Origin: Rubripirellula sp.
Lineage (GTDB): Bacteria; Planctomycetota; Planctomycetia; Pirellulales; Pirellulaceae
Reading direction: 5' to 3'
NCBI GenBank assembly: GCA_965216875.1
Contig: OZ244207.1
Location: 5,984,001 to 6,048,000, forward strand
Length of the DNA: 64,000 bases
In this document: piece by piece, positions 8,705 through 20,000 of the stretch
Layout: every line of letters starts with the position of its first letter
Position numbering within the stretch: position 1 is the stretch's first letter
Translations under genes and position numbers: made by a program
The notes under the pieces: model-generated
What the model saw: the letters and a program-made list of their open reading frames with translations, nothing else
Told to the model about the DNA's origin: nothing
Database searches by the model: none

Positions 8705-11700
8705 ATGAATCAGGCTGAGCCAATGATGGCGCCCTCCCGCTTTCCGACTGCAAACCGTCTGCGCCTCGAAAGACTCGAGCGCCGAGACCTTCTCGCCTCC
8801 GACCTTCTCGCCTCCGACCTGCTCGGCTCCGATTTGACCGCCGCGGCATCAATCGACGTGCTCGACACGGACTCATCACGTTTGGCACAAATCATCGGCA
8901 AGTATTCGACACAAACGCACGGGAACCGAACTAGCCTCATCGCTCCATCGTCCGGCTCCCTAGATGCAAAGAGTATTCCGATCCTGCAAGGTGACATGAG
9001 CGACCCGGCGGCCACCGGCGTCGAATTGCTCAAAGCGGTCGATCCAGGAAACGAATACCAACTCGTCGAAGTCAAACATGGGCTCGCAAGCAGTCACGCC
9101 CGGTTCGAACAGGTCGCTGGCGGAATCGCCGTGCACGGATCATCCGCTTCGGTTCATCTCGGCCCTGATGGCGCAGTGCAAACTTTGCACATTGATTCCT
9201 ACCAATCGCCAACCATCGCCAAGACACTGCCACTTGGAATCAGTTTCGGATCAGCAGCAGCCGCAGCATCGTCGTCGATTGGAATCACGCAGTCGGCCGA
9301 TTCCGCCTCGGGCGAGCTCGTTTGGCATCCAACGTCTAATGGCGAAACGGTCTTGGCGTGGAAGACGACGATTCGCTCGATCGATCCGATCGGCGATTTC
9401 GAGACCATCGTCGACGCTGACTCGGGTAAGGTTTTGGCGACGGACAACTTGGCTGTGTTTGCCTCAGGCACGGGCGATGTCTTTGAACCCAATCCGTACC
9501 AAACCAAGGGAAGTGGTACGGGCTTGGCCGACAACAACGATGCCAACAGCGCAGCACTCGATGCCGAACTGATTTCAGTCACGCTCCAGCGACTCGACCC
9601 GGGCACCGGACTGCTAAGGGGTGAATGGGTTGACTTGTCGACGCTCAACAGCCCGACGCTGCCGGATGTGGATGCCAATGAACCGACGCGCGTATACCAG
9701 TACACACGAGACGACCCTCGATTCGAACAAGTGATGATTTATCACGCGATCGATTCGATCCAGGAATACATTCACTCACTGGGATTCGACGACGACACGG
9801 GTATTCCAAACGGCATTCGCGATTTCCCAACGCTTGCTAACGCGCATTGGTTCAATGACGACCAATCGTTCTATTCAACCGGTAACGATGCGGTCCATTT
9901 CGGCGACGGCGGGGTCGATGATGGTGAAGACGCAGACATCATTGCTCATGAATATGGCCACGCTATCCAGCATGACCAAAATGCCAACTGGGGTGGCATC
10001 GAGATGGACGCGATGGGTGAAGGCTATAGCGACTATCTGGCCGCAAGCTTCTATGCAAGCGACGGCGACGCGACCTATCAATCGAGCCACGATGCCTGTG
10101 TTGGCGAATGGGATGCGACCTCTTATAGCGGCACCACACCGCCCTGCTTGCGACGAGTCGATGGCAACAAGATGTATCCTGACGATCTGGTCGGACAAGT
10201 CCATGCCGATGGAGAAATCTGGTCGGCGGCGCTTTGGAACCTTCGGGCTGCAATTGGATCCTTTACAACCGACCAACTGTTGCTCGAACATCACTTCGCT
10301 CTGCCGGCAAACGCAACGATGCCCGAAGCGGCGCAGGCAATGCTGACCGCTGACGCCAACCTCAACGGCGGAGCGAACGCTGCCGAAATCCTGCAAGCCT
10401 TTTCCGACCGAGGGATCCTAGCAAACCCGGCCGGGAGTGTGGAATTCAACAACGCGGCCTACGCAATCGGCGACACGGTCACGATCAATCTTTCCGACAG
10501 TGATCTTGCCGGTGCGGGCACGGCAACGGTGGTCGTGACGTCCGATTCGGGCGATTCCGAATCGGTCGCACTGACCGAAACGAACGCTGGCGAGTTTTCT
10601 GGTTCCATTGTCATCTCCGGCAACACCCCGGTGCTCGGCAACGGAAGCATCGAAGCAGTCGCGGGAGACCAAATCATGGTCTCCTACAATGATGCGGACG
10701 ACGGAAGCGGTAGTCCCGCGGTTGCCACCGACACGGCTGACGTTGCCGCCTTTGTCAATTTGTTTGAAGCCGACTTTACGGATGACTTGGGCGCCGCGTT
10801 CGACGAAGGATTCACCCTTTCCGGCCCAGCCAACGAGTGGCATTTATCGACCGGTCGTGCCAACGACTCGGGACACTCACCTGACGACAGTTTCTACTTT
10901 GGCAGTGGCGAAGGTCCCTTTGGCGGAGGCAGTCACAACAACAACTCGGACGGTACGCTCACATCACCCCTGATCGATCTTTCAACGGCGACCACAGCCG
11001 AATTCTCCTTCAACCACCTCCTCGACTCGGAATCGGGTTTCGACTTTGCCTCGGTGAGTGTGATTCAAGGCGCATCGACAACCGTACTCGCTTCGAGCCA
11101 AGATGGTAGCTTACCGTTTAGCACGAACGGATTCGAATCGCAGACATTGAGTTTGTCGCCGTTCATTGGCCAAACCATCCAACTCGCGTTTCGCTTTACC
11201 TCTGACGTGAGTGTGACCAACGAAGGCTGGTACATCGATGACGTGATCGTGCGTGGCGTCGTCCCAAACGTCCAGTTGACTGAGGTTTTTGTTGCTGATT
11301 TTTCGGACGAGCAAAACGATCCGTTTGACGAAGGCTTCACCCTATCTGGCCCATCGAATGAGTGGCATTTGTCGACGGGGCGCGGGAATGACCCGGGGCA
11401 CACATCCGATGACAGTTTCTACTTCGGCTCTGGCGAGGGACCAACCGGCGGTGGCACACACGGAAATCTTTCCGACGGCACAATCACATCACCCTTGATC
11501 GATTTGACAGAGGCAACCACTGCTTTCTTGTCCTTCAATCACTGGCTGCAGTCGGAGCAGAACTTTGATTTCGCCATGGTGAACGTCATTGCGAATTCAA
11601 CAACAACACTGCTTGCCACCACGAACGACCTTTCGCTTCCTATCGCAACCTCTGGATTTGAATCCGCGGTATTCAACCTTTCTGATTTCGCCGGACAAGA

Positions 11701-12343
11701 AATCCAAATTGCGTTTCAGTTTACTTCCGACGTAAGCGTGGTAAACGAAGGTTGGTATGTCGATGATGTTGTCGTAAGGGCAGATGTTCCTGAGGAAAAC
11801 TCCTTCGTGGAAAGCGTGTCGATCAATGGCGGTGAAGCACAGCGTTCGACGCTTACGGAGATCGCTGTATCGTTTGACCGAGAAGTGACCGCTCCCGCAG
11901 CTGCATTCTCGGTGGTCGATCGCGACACGTTGCTTGTGGTGGACAGTCTGGTCGTCAATACATCGGTCGATGATGGCAAAACGGTCGCCACCCTAACCTT
12001 CGCTCCGGGAACTTCCGTACAAACGCGTACCATCGGCGATCACTCGCTCCTCGACGGCAAGTATCGACTCGACATCGATGGTGCGATGATCACTGAAGCT
12101 GGCAGTGGAACACCGATGGGTGATGATTATCAGTTCGGCAACGGTGACCTCGACAACTTCTTCCGCAAGTATGGCGATGCCAATGGAAACGGATTGGTTG
12201 AGTTGTTCGACTTTGCTCAGTTCCGCGGCACGTACAACAAAGCTCCGACCGATCCCGACTTCATCGAACCGCTCGACAACGATGGCAACGGCGCCATCAA
12301 CCTGTTCGACTTCGCTCTCTTCCGGTCAGGTTTCGGCAGCTAA
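8705..12343 (+). CDS. Secreted M36 (fungalysin-like)/M4-clan metallopeptidase with planctomycete N-terminal motif, two repeated beta-sandwich domains and a dockerin-like C-terminus
   Basis: RLRLERLERRDLLA motif; FTP/PepSY-like propeptide; HEYGH at 9947 plus MGEGYSD; duplicated EWHLSTGR..EGWY(I/V)DDV domain; paired C-terminal DxxGNG..LFDFA motifs. Start is uncertain (8705/8723/8726). Confidence 0.88.
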   Translation: MNQAEPMMAPSRFPTANRLRLERLERRDLLASDLLASDLLGSDLTAAASIDVLDTDSSRLAQIIGKYSTQTHGNRTSLIAPSSGSLDAKSIPILQGDMSDPAATGVELLKAVDPGNEYQLVEVKHGLASSHARFEQVAGGIAVHGSSASVHLGPDGAVQTLHIDSYQSPTIAKTLPLGISFGSAAAAASSSIGITQSADSASGELVWHPTSNGETVLAWKTTIRSIDPIGDFETIVDADSGKVLATDNLAVFASGTGDVFEPNPYQTKGSGTGLADNNDANSAALDAELISVTLQRLDPGTGLLRGEWVDLSTLNSPTLPDVDANEPTRVYQYTRDDPRFEQVMIYHAIDSIQEYIHSLGFDDDTGIPNGIRDFPTLANAHWFNDDQSFYSTGNDAVHFGDGGVDDGEDADIIAHEYGHAIQHDQNANWGGIEMDAMGEGYSDYLAASFYASDGDATYQSSHDACVGEWDATSYSGTTPPCLRRVDGNKMYPDDLVGQVHADGEIWSAALWNLRAAIGSFTTDQLLLEHHFALPANATMPEAAQAMLTADANLNGGANAAEILQAFSDRGILANPAGSVEFNNAAYAIGDTVTINLSDSDLAGAGTATVVVTSDSGDSESVALTETNAGEFSGSIVISGNTPVLGNGSIEAVAGDQIMVSYNDADDGSGSPAVATDTADVAAFVNLFEADFTDDLGAAFDEGFTLSGPANEWHLSTGRANDSGHSPDDSFYFGSGEGPFGGGSHNNNSDGTLTSPLIDLSTATTAEFSFNHLLDSESGFDFASVSVIQGASTTVLASSQDGSLPFSTNGFESQTLSLSPFIGQTIQLAFRFTSDVSVTNEGWYIDDVIVRGVVPNVQLTEVFVADFSDEQNDPFDEGFTLSGPSNEWHLSTGRGNDPGHTSDDSFYFGSGEGPTGGGTHGNLSDGTITSPLIDLTEATTAFLSFNHWLQSEQNFDFAMVNVIANSTTTLLATTNDLSLPIATSGFESAVFNLSDFAGQEIQIAFQFTSDVSVVNEGWYVDDVVVRADVPEENSFVESVSINGGEAQRSTLTEIAVSFDREVTAPAAAFSVVDRDTLLVVDSLVVNTSVDDGKTVATLTFAPGTSVQTRTIGDHSLLDGKYRLDIDGAMITEAGSGTPMGDDYQFGNGDLDNFFRKYGDANGNGLVELFDFAQFRGTYNKAPTDPDFIEPLDNDGNGAINLFDFALFRSGFGS
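8786..8830 (+). repeat. In-frame 15-bp tandem repeat x3 (DLLAS)
   Basis: GACCTTCTCGCCTCC x2 followed by GACCTGCTCGGCTCC. Confidence 0.9.
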
Positions 12344-12347
12344 TCGC

Positions 12348-14423
12348 CTAGGACTTGAGTGACTCGATCAGCCGCTGTCGGTGGATCGCATAGCCATCCG
12401 CGTAAGCGTTCGAGAATTCGTCGGCTGACACCGCCACCGGCTTGTCCTCATTCATTCGCACCAATAGCCTCTGCACAACGTCGGCGTCGTCCTCGGTGGT
12501 TAACCATGTCTCCGCAAAACCCTTGACGAGTTCGTTGAGTTGACGTGGCTGGTTGGTTGCGATTTCGAAGTTGTCGCCCGGATACATCCGAACCGTACGG
12601 CAATACATACGACCACCAACCTGTTCGATCATGCCATAGAGATCGCGAAAGGGTTGAACGTACCCTTCGACAAAGTGGTCATCGCCGATCCGAAACTGCC
12701 CAGCTGGTTTATAGGCAGCACTCGTAAAAGCTGCGGCGGCCGCGGAGTGGCGATCAGTATCTTGCCAAGCAATGGCATCAATCGGAATCAACTCAATGCT
12801 TTCGGGAAGTTGAAGCACTGATTCCAAGTCGAGCGAGTACCCATCGAACTTGGCGTTCGGATCGCCGCGATCAGCCTCGTCGAGTCCGCTCCACCTCTGC
12901 GCAAGGCTTTGCATCTTTTCACTAATGCGTTTGCCTGCGGCGTTTCGGCGTCGGTGTTCGTGATCGGTATGCGCCCATGCCTTCGTTTCATCCTCTTCAC
13001 TGAGTCGTCCTTGATCGCGCGCTGACTCGATCAATTGGTCGATCGCTTCGAAAACACCCCGTTGCTGCTCGGCATACTCCGAGCCCACGTTTTCGCTTAG
13101 CTGGGCAAAGATCTCTTTCCGTCGCTCAAGCACGCCATTCAGACCGGAGGAATCAACGATTTCGTGCTGGATCAAATGACGCAGCAGCCATGCGACAGGT
13201 CCATGCACATTGCCGTGCAACACCGAATCGAAAACGGGCTGGGAGTGCTTTTCGTCGGTCAGGATCGAATTGAGGTCGGCTCCTTGTTCGACCAGTTTCC
13301 CCAACACTCGACGAAGATGAGCGACGGGCACATTCGCGCTCGTGAGCGCAATACTGATTGGCGACAAACACCCCAACCCGCCGGCGCTTGGATCGGCACC
13401 GCGCGAAAGCAGCGCGTCGACGATCTCTTCCATCGCATCTGCATCGCGATAGGGAAAATGCAGCAAGGTGTAGCCGAGCGGCGTGTGATTCGTTTCCGGA
13501 AGTTGACTCAGCGAAGCACCCTGATCGAGGGCTGACTTCACGCTTGTTGGGTCGGCCTCGTCAATCGCAATGGCCAAACGCTTGCTCGCATCAAGATCAG
13601 CGTGATCGTCGCGGGGACCCAATTCCAGCAAATCGATCCGTTCAATCCAAGCTGGCAAATCCAACTCGGCAACGACTGCGTAGAGTCCATCGTCGCTCGA
13701 GAATTCGATGTGAGGCACGTAGGCGTCGAGATCAATCAACAGCTGCTGAAGCGCCATCACGTGCGACGGTTGTTTTTCAAGCCAGTCGCTTGGATATCGA
13801 TCGGTCTCGAACTTCAAGAATTCATTTTCATCATCCTCGTCGTCCCAATCTTCTTCGTCGAGATCCTCACCATCGAGGTCGTCATCCCAATCTTCGTCTT
13901 CCCAATCCTCGCCGTTTAATTCCTCGTTGTCCTCTTCTTCCACGTCTTCATCGTCACCCACATCGCCGACAAAAGCGTCGTCCGAATAGAAGTGCAGGAC
14001 TTTGTTGCCCTGTTCGTAAACAGCAAGGTAGTTCACTCCGGCGCTATCAACGTGGCCTGTATTTAGCCACGGCGAACCCGCGTCGCCCGCCTTCGTTTCC
14101 GCCATCGTTTCGAACACCTCTCGATGGTTTGACGGAAGCACGATGGCCCATGGGGTCGATTTTGGAACGACGACCAATGCCCAAGATCCAAGAGGCGGTT
14201 GGAACGTGCCTTCAAACACCGCATCGGTAACTTCAGGCGTGATCCGAGCGACAAGCGGGTGCCCGCCGAGCGCGGTCTCAGTACTGTTGCTCTTCAAAGC
14301 AGCCTGGGTGTCTTTGCCAAGACGAACGGCCCAGAGCGACCACGTGTCACCCCAAGCCGTGTGTGTCCCACGACGCGCAGCCAGATCTCCCTCAACAGAC
14401 CGCAATTCGTCTCCATTCTTCAT
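12348..14423 (-). CDS. Hypothetical protein with acidic tract and ankyrin-like repeats
   Basis: 691-aa ORF with a D/E-rich tract; ALDQGASL, TPLGY, LLSRGADP, LVEQGADLN. Confidence 0.75.
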   Translation of the reverse strand: MKNGDELRSVEGDLAARRGTHTAWGDTWSLWAVRLGKDTQAALKSNSTETALGGHPLVARITPEVTDAVFEGTFQPPLGSWALVVVPKSTPWAIVLPSNHREVFETMAETKAGDAGSPWLNTGHVDSAGVNYLAVYEQGNKVLHFYSDDAFVGDVGDDEDVEEEDNEELNGEDWEDEDWDDDLDGEDLDEEDWDDEDDENEFLKFETDRYPSDWLEKQPSHVMALQQLLIDLDAYVPHIEFSSDDGLYAVVAELDLPAWIERIDLLELGPRDDHADLDASKRLAIAIDEADPTSVKSALDQGASLSQLPETNHTPLGYTLLHFPYRDADAMEEIVDALLSRGADPSAGGLGCLSPISIALTSANVPVAHLRRVLGKLVEQGADLNSILTDEKHSQPVFDSVLHGNVHGPVAWLLRHLIQHEIVDSSGLNGVLERRKEIFAQLSENVGSEYAEQQRGVFEAIDQLIESARDQGRLSEEDETKAWAHTDHEHRRRNAAGKRISEKMQSLAQRWSGLDEADRGDPNAKFDGYSLDLESVLQLPESIELIPIDAIAWQDTDRHSAAAAAFTSAAYKPAGQFRIGDDHFVEGYVQPFRDLYGMIEQVGGRMYCRTVRMYPGDNFEIATNQPRQLNELVKGFAETWLTTEDDADVVQRLLVRMNEDKPVAVSADEFSNAYADGYAIHRQRLIESLKS

Positions 14424-14651
14424 TGGTCAGCCAAAGAAAGTAGGGGCAAGATGCAAAGAGCAAGGCAGAGGCGATGATCGTAGCCGATCGCGGCGCAACA
14501 CATGGCGTTAGATCGCCTACAGAAAGGCAAACAACCAAGAATGCATCAGCACCTTGGTGTCCATCAGTCAACTCAAGACACCACGGCCACTGATTGGTTG
14601 TTCACGCGAATGACCAACCAACTTGATTTGGTGAAAGCATGTTCAATTGCA

Positions 14652-16250
14652 TTACAGCTTGACCGAGTCCCAGAAGGCTTGCTTCTCAGCTTCGGCAGCG
14701 GCCTCGTCATACTCGATCGGTGGTTTCTTTTGTTGGACGATCAATGGCGTCCAAAGATCCACCTCGTAGGCAGGACGTCCCCAACCGACGATCGTGACTT
14801 GATCGCCGTCTCGGTAGACTTCAATTTCCATAAAAGGAAACACGATACCGGTCGATATTCGCGCCTGGATACCTTGGCGTCCATCGCGACTGCACGATTC
14901 ATCGCCGTAGACATCCGCCATCAATAGACGCTCAAGTTGTGAACTGAACTTCTCCTCCTTGATCTCAGGATCAACGGTGCAAACCGCCAACAACATCGTC
15001 GCTTTGGTCGTCGTGCTATAGACCGCGTGTGATTCAAGACCCGACGGAAGTGTGTCGAGCGTTTTGCCAGCGGGAAACAAAGCCGATGCACTGCCAACCG
15101 AAACGGTCTGCATTTCGCCCGCGGCAGCTTGCGCAGCTTCTGGATCGACGCTCGGACCCGAATCCACACTCGAACCGGAGGCCGCTTCGCTCGATGCGAC
15201 TTCGGATGGCTCAATGGACGGCGACCCCGTATCGCCTTCGTTCTCGACTGGTGTGCCCGACGCTCCTTGATCGCCGGCATTGGAATCGGGCGTGTCGGGA
15301 TCGGGCGTGTTCGTGTCGCTTGTGGTTGAGGCCTCATTGCTCGACGTCTCAGCGGGCGATGTATCGGCCTGTGCCGTTGTCGTGTCCGAACCACCACCCA
15401 TCATCAGCATGGCAACGACGCCGACACCAACGAGCAACAGCAATCCCGCTACGCTCGCCCCAACGATCACCAACAGTTTTTTGTTTGACTTGGCTGAACC
15501 TGACCTCGCGGCCGCGCCTGGCTTCGCAGCAGCCGCAGGCCTCGCGGCTGGTTGTCCTGGACCACCGGGCACGGCCCGTGATTGGAACATCGGCGGTGCG
15601 GGTTGACCTTGAGGGGGTGCGGCCGGTGGCAAACCACCCTGCCCTGCGGGCGCCAGTGGGTCAAATCCTGCAGGAGCCGGTCCACCCTGAGCTGGCGGCA
15701 AGTCGAGGTTACCCAAATCGAAACCGCCCGGTGGCGGGCCAAGCGGGTCGCCCCCCGCAAGTGGATCGGCGGGCTGGGCAAGCGGATCATCAAACGGCAT
15801 CGCCATCGGGTCAGCCGGTTGCGTGCTTGTTTGCGGTTGCGCTGCAGGCTGTTTTGCTGGCCGCTTGGTCCCCGGCTTTCCGGCGGCAGGACGTTGCTTA
15901 CTTGCCGGGGCACGTTGTTTGCTTGCCGAAGCTTGTTTCGCGGCTGTTTGTTTCGCTGCCGCTTGCTTTCGGGCCGGCTGCTTCGTCGATGCTTTTGCGG
16001 CAGCTTGTGTCTGACTTGCTGCGGTCACGGCTCGCTGCTGAGCTGGAGCCTTTTGCGGCCCAGAAGAGTGCGCCGCGGGCGCAGGCTGCTTTGCTGCCGC
16101 AACCTTTTCGGATGCTGCCGCAGCCTTTTCGGATGCTGCCGCTGGGACCTGCAAGATGGTCGCACACTTAGGGCATTTGATTCGAACGTCCGTCCCCTGC
16201 GGCTCAAACTTCAAATGCGTTGAACACTTGGGACACTTCACAGTCAACAT
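14652..16250 (-). CDS. Zinc-ribbon protein with Pro/Ala/Lys-rich linker, single TM and C-terminal domain
   Basis: MLTVKCPKC..IKCPKC, low-complexity linker, TM LLVIVGASVAGLLLLVGVGVVAML. Confidence 0.85.
   Translation of the reverse strand: MLTVKCPKCSTHLKFEPQGTDVRIKCPKCATILQVPAAASEKAAAASEKVAAAKQPAPAAHSSGPQKAPAQQRAVTAASQTQAAAKASTKQPARKQAAAKQTAAKQASASKQRAPASKQRPAAGKPGTKRPAKQPAAQPQTSTQPADPMAMPFDDPLAQPADPLAGGDPLGPPPGGFDLGNLDLPPAQGGPAPAGFDPLAPAGQGGLPPAAPPQGQPAPPMFQSRAVPGGPGQPAARPAAAAKPGAAARSGSAKSNKKLLVIVGASVAGLLLLVGVGVVAMLMMGGGSDTTTAQADTSPAETSSNEASTTSDTNTPDPDTPDSNAGDQGASGTPVENEGDTGSPSIEPSEVASSEAASGSSVDSGPSVDPEAAQAAAGEMQTVSVGSASALFPAGKTLDTLPSGLESHAVYSTTTKATMLLAVCTVDPEIKEEKFSSQLERLLMADVYGDESCSRDGRQGIQARISTGIVFPFMEIEVYRDGDQVTIVGWGRPAYEVDLWTPLIVQQKKPPIEYDEAAAEAEKQAFWDSVKL
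16093..16142. repeat. In-frame 21-bp tandem repeat (AAASEK[A/V])
   Basis: GCTGCCGCA(A/G)CCTTTTCGGAT x2 plus a partial copy. Confidence 0.8.
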
Positions 16251-16264
16251 CGATGACACCGTCC

Positions 16265-16783
16265 CTATTCGAATGTGAATGAGTTGTGACCTTTGACTTG
16301 GCAGAACCAGTGGCTGCCGTTGTCTTTCACCCAAACCGACATCGCGTACGGCGGAGCGTCACTTGATGAAGCGATGACCGAACCTTGAGAATGCAAGGAT
16401 CGGCGAAAACCACTCAGCACGGCGTCTTTGATCACGGGATGCCACGGGCAATGGTCGTAGTCGTCAATCGCGACCTCGAGACACATGCACAATTCGGCGA
16501 TCGTGAAGTCTTCTTTCTTCGGCTTGATTTGAAGCTGCTGCTTCCTCTCCATGAGAGTGCCGAGTTCCCAATTGGCGACGAACTTCTTGCCGTTCCACTC
16601 AAGATCGGCGGTATACCGAGGGCCATGTTCGCGGCGCATCGCAGTAAACGCCTTATTGGCATCGACCTCCGTGAGCGGCCCTTCGAGCTCTTTTGGACCG
16701 CCAGCTGGAAAACACCCACCCGCAAGAAGAGTGGCCAAACAAATCAAAAGTGCTGGTCGACGTAACACCTGTACAAACATCAT
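16265..16783 (-). CDS. Hypothetical lipoprotein
   Basis: Basic N-terminus, hydrophobic stretch, LAGGC lipobox-like motif; ends 14 nt before the next co-oriented gene. Confidence 0.7.
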   Translation of the reverse strand: MMFVQVLRRPALLICLATLLAGGCFPAGGPKELEGPLTEVDANKAFTAMRREHGPRYTADLEWNGKKFVANWELGTLMERKQQLQIKPKKEDFTIAELCMCLEVAIDDYDHCPWHPVIKDAVLSGFRRSLHSQGSVIASSSDAPPYAMSVWVKDNGSHWFCQVKGHNSFTFE

Positions 16784-17010
16784 CTTTCCCCGCTGAGACG
16801 TGTTTCTAACCCGTTTATCTTAGTCGCTCGCCAGACTCACGTGTTGGCGCCGCTGTTGCTCCCCTCTTCGTGCTCTTGCCCTTCTACGAGACCGCCCCCA
16901 CCCTCTCGACGGGGTGAACCGAGTCTTCCTGCACGCCGCCCAAACCAACTGGGTATATTAGTTGCTTCCCGCCTTCCCCGGTTCGATCTCTAGTAATCGG
17001 AACTCCCTCC

Positions 17011-20000
17011 ATGCGTTTGTTCACGTGTCTGTTGGCAGCAACTTTCTTCGCGGCATCCCCATCACTGTTTGCTGATTGGAACACCTACCTCGGCGATAAC
17101 GCACGAACGGGGTTCACGTCCCAATCGTTGCAGACGCCGCTCAGCCCCGCATGGACGTATCGATCCCATTCCAAGCCCATCAAAGCATGGGAAGGACCGC
17201 GCAACGCGCCGATCGAAGGTCACGAAATGCGTCACCGCGTCAACTTTGATGACGCGATGCAGGTCGTGATGTCAAACGGGCGGGCGTACTTTGGCAGTAC
17301 CGTCGATCAGCAGATGCACTGCGTTGATGCCTCGACGGGCGAACCGATCTGGAGCCATTACACCGATGGCCCGATTCGCTTGGCCCCCACGATCGCCCAT
17401 GGCAACGTTTACTTTGGCAGCGATGATGGCAAGGTCTACTGTCTTGATGCAAAAAGTGGATCGGTTCAGTGGCAAACGCGAGTTGGACCAGAGGACGACC
17501 GATTGCTCTCACGCGGCGAAATGATTTCGCGTTGGCCCGTTCGCACCGGCGTGCTCGTCGAGGGCAAGACCGCCTACTTTGGCGCAGGCGTGTTCCCGCA
17601 CGAAATGGTTTACCTGCGAGCCGTCGATGCGATCACGGGCGAAGTGCTTTGGCGCAACGACACGATCAGCCAACAGAATGCCGGTCGCAACGACCTTTCG
17701 CCACAAGGTTACTTGCTGTCCGAATCGAGTGGTAAGAGCCTGTTCGTTCCTTCGGGCCGCTCCCTTCCTGTAGCCATCTCGAAAGAGAACGGAAAGATCG
17801 TCTTCCAAGAAAAGTATTCGTGGCGAACTGATGCCGGCGGCGTTGTCGGAGGAACGAAAGCCCTTCTTGGCGATGGCCAAGTTTACGCCGGCGGCCCGCA
17901 TCACTTCCTTGCAATGGACCAACGCAACGGTGATGTCGGCGAGTCGTACATCATTGGTCGCCAGATGGTGCTCGCTGATGACCGCGCCTACATCATGACG
18001 GGCGAAAAGATCATCTGCGTTGATCGCAGCGAACATGCCAAGGCAAGCCAGGAGAAACAAAAGTGGTTCCTCAAAGCAAGGCAATTACGTAGTGATCGCG
18101 AGAAGCTTGCCGAAGCTCGAAAGAAGATGGACGAGTACGCGCAAGTCGGCATCCTCTGGGAAGTCGAAAGCAATTTTGACGACGTGCTTGTCGCCACCGA
18201 GAACCTTGTGATCGCGGGTGGCTTTAACCAAGTGATCGCAATGGATCGCGAAAAGGGAAACCTGGTTTGGTCACACGAAGTTGAAGGAAATGTTCGTGGC
18301 TTGGCAGTCTCCGACGGCAAACTTGCCGTCAGCACTGACGAAGGCCATGTCCACATGTTCCAAAGCGAGCCAGTCAGCTCGGTCAGGCAATGGCCGCAGC
18401 CCTACGAGCGTCCCTTTGCCGAGAGTCCAACCACGGCGTTCTACCAAAAAGCGGTAAAGGAAATCCTAGCAGCGAGCGGTCAGACAACAGGGCATTGTCT
18501 TGTCGTGGGAAGCGAAGAGGGGCAACTCGCGTTTGAAATCGCCATGCAAAGCGACCTCAAGGTGCTTGCGGTCGAACCCGATCTCGAAAAGGTCAAACGA
18601 AGTCAGGCTCGGCTTCAACGCGCGGGCGTTCACGGGACACGTGTGACCGTCGTTCACGCCGACTTGGATGACCTGCCGTTCTCGAACTACTTTGCCAACT
18701 TGATTGTTTCGGATTCGCTGATCACCTCGGGCAAATTGCCGGGCGACCCCATCAAGATTGCTCGACACCTTAAACCGTGCGGCGGCGTCGCGATTTTGGG
18801 TCGACCTGAGGGATCACCCACCGTTTCGGAAAAGGCTTCCAATGACCAAATCGTCAGTTGGCTCACCTCGCTCTACCACCGCGACGAAGGCGATGTGGTC
18901 ACCGGTCCCACTTGGAACCTGATGCGGCGCGGCAAACTCGCTGGCGCTGGCCAATGGTCACACCAGTATGGAAACGCTGCGAACACGTCCTACACCGCCG
19001 ACCATCGTATCCGCGATGGACTGGGCGTCCTTTGGTATGGCGATCCTGGCCCAAGTGCGATGATCAATCGTCACGAAGCTGCCGGTGCTCCGCTTTCGAC
19101 CAACGGCCGCATGTTCATTCAAGGCACCGACAAACTGATGGCGTACGACGCGTACAACGGAAACTTCCTGTGGGAACACAAGAACCCAGGTGCGATTCGC
19201 ACGGGCGTTTTCAACAACCGCGAAACCCACAACCTGGCCGCGAGTGACGATGTCCTTTATGCGGCCGTCGACAACCGATGCACCGCATTGGATGCCGCAA
19301 CTGGCAAAACCATCGCCGAGTACACAACGCCCGATCCAAGTGACGGAATCCCGCGTGCCTGGGCCTACCTTGCCTATGACAACGGTCAACTTTTTGGAAC
19401 CAGCACCATTCGCGAAGAACTCGAAGCGCGGATGCGGCGTCGCGGCTTGACCGTCAAGAGCCAAACCGATTCGATCTTCGCCATCGACACTTCATCGGGC
19501 AAGCGGATGTGGTCCTACCGTGGCAAAAACATCTTGCACACCACGATTGCGATTGGCCCCGAGCGAATCTATTTCATTGACAGTTCAATCTCGCCAGAAG
19601 AACGCCAGCAGTTGTACTTGCGAGACAAAGGCGAACTGAAGGCGTTGACTGGCGAAGCGGCCAAGAAAGCCGAAGCGGAAATGAAGCAACTCGACCTCCG
19701 AGTTGCAGTTGCCCTCGACCGCAAAACGGGTGATCGCGTTTGGGAGAAAGCGGTCGACGTCACCGACACAACCAATGTCAGTGCCGGCGGCGGAAGCCTG
19801 ACGCTGATGTATGCCGATGATCATGTCGTTTTGTGTGGCGCCAACGCGAACGGCCACTACTGGAAGCAATTTCTCTCGGGCCAGTTCGAAAAACGCAAAC
19901 TCGTTGTCCTCGACGCGAACAGCGGCGATGAACTTTGGAACAAGAACGCCAACTACATGAACCGCCCCGCCGTGATTGGGCAAGAAATCTATGCCGAACC

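Noticed and set aside
10760..11790. Duplicated segment as a DGR template/variable repeat
   Set aside because: Both copies are in-frame domains of one protein, differences are not adenine-specific, and no reverse transcriptase is present.
15029..16171. 380-aa plus-strand ORF (likewise 13358-14230, 60475-61509 and 61901-62815)
   Set aside because: Antisense shadows of well-supported genes in GC-rich DNA.
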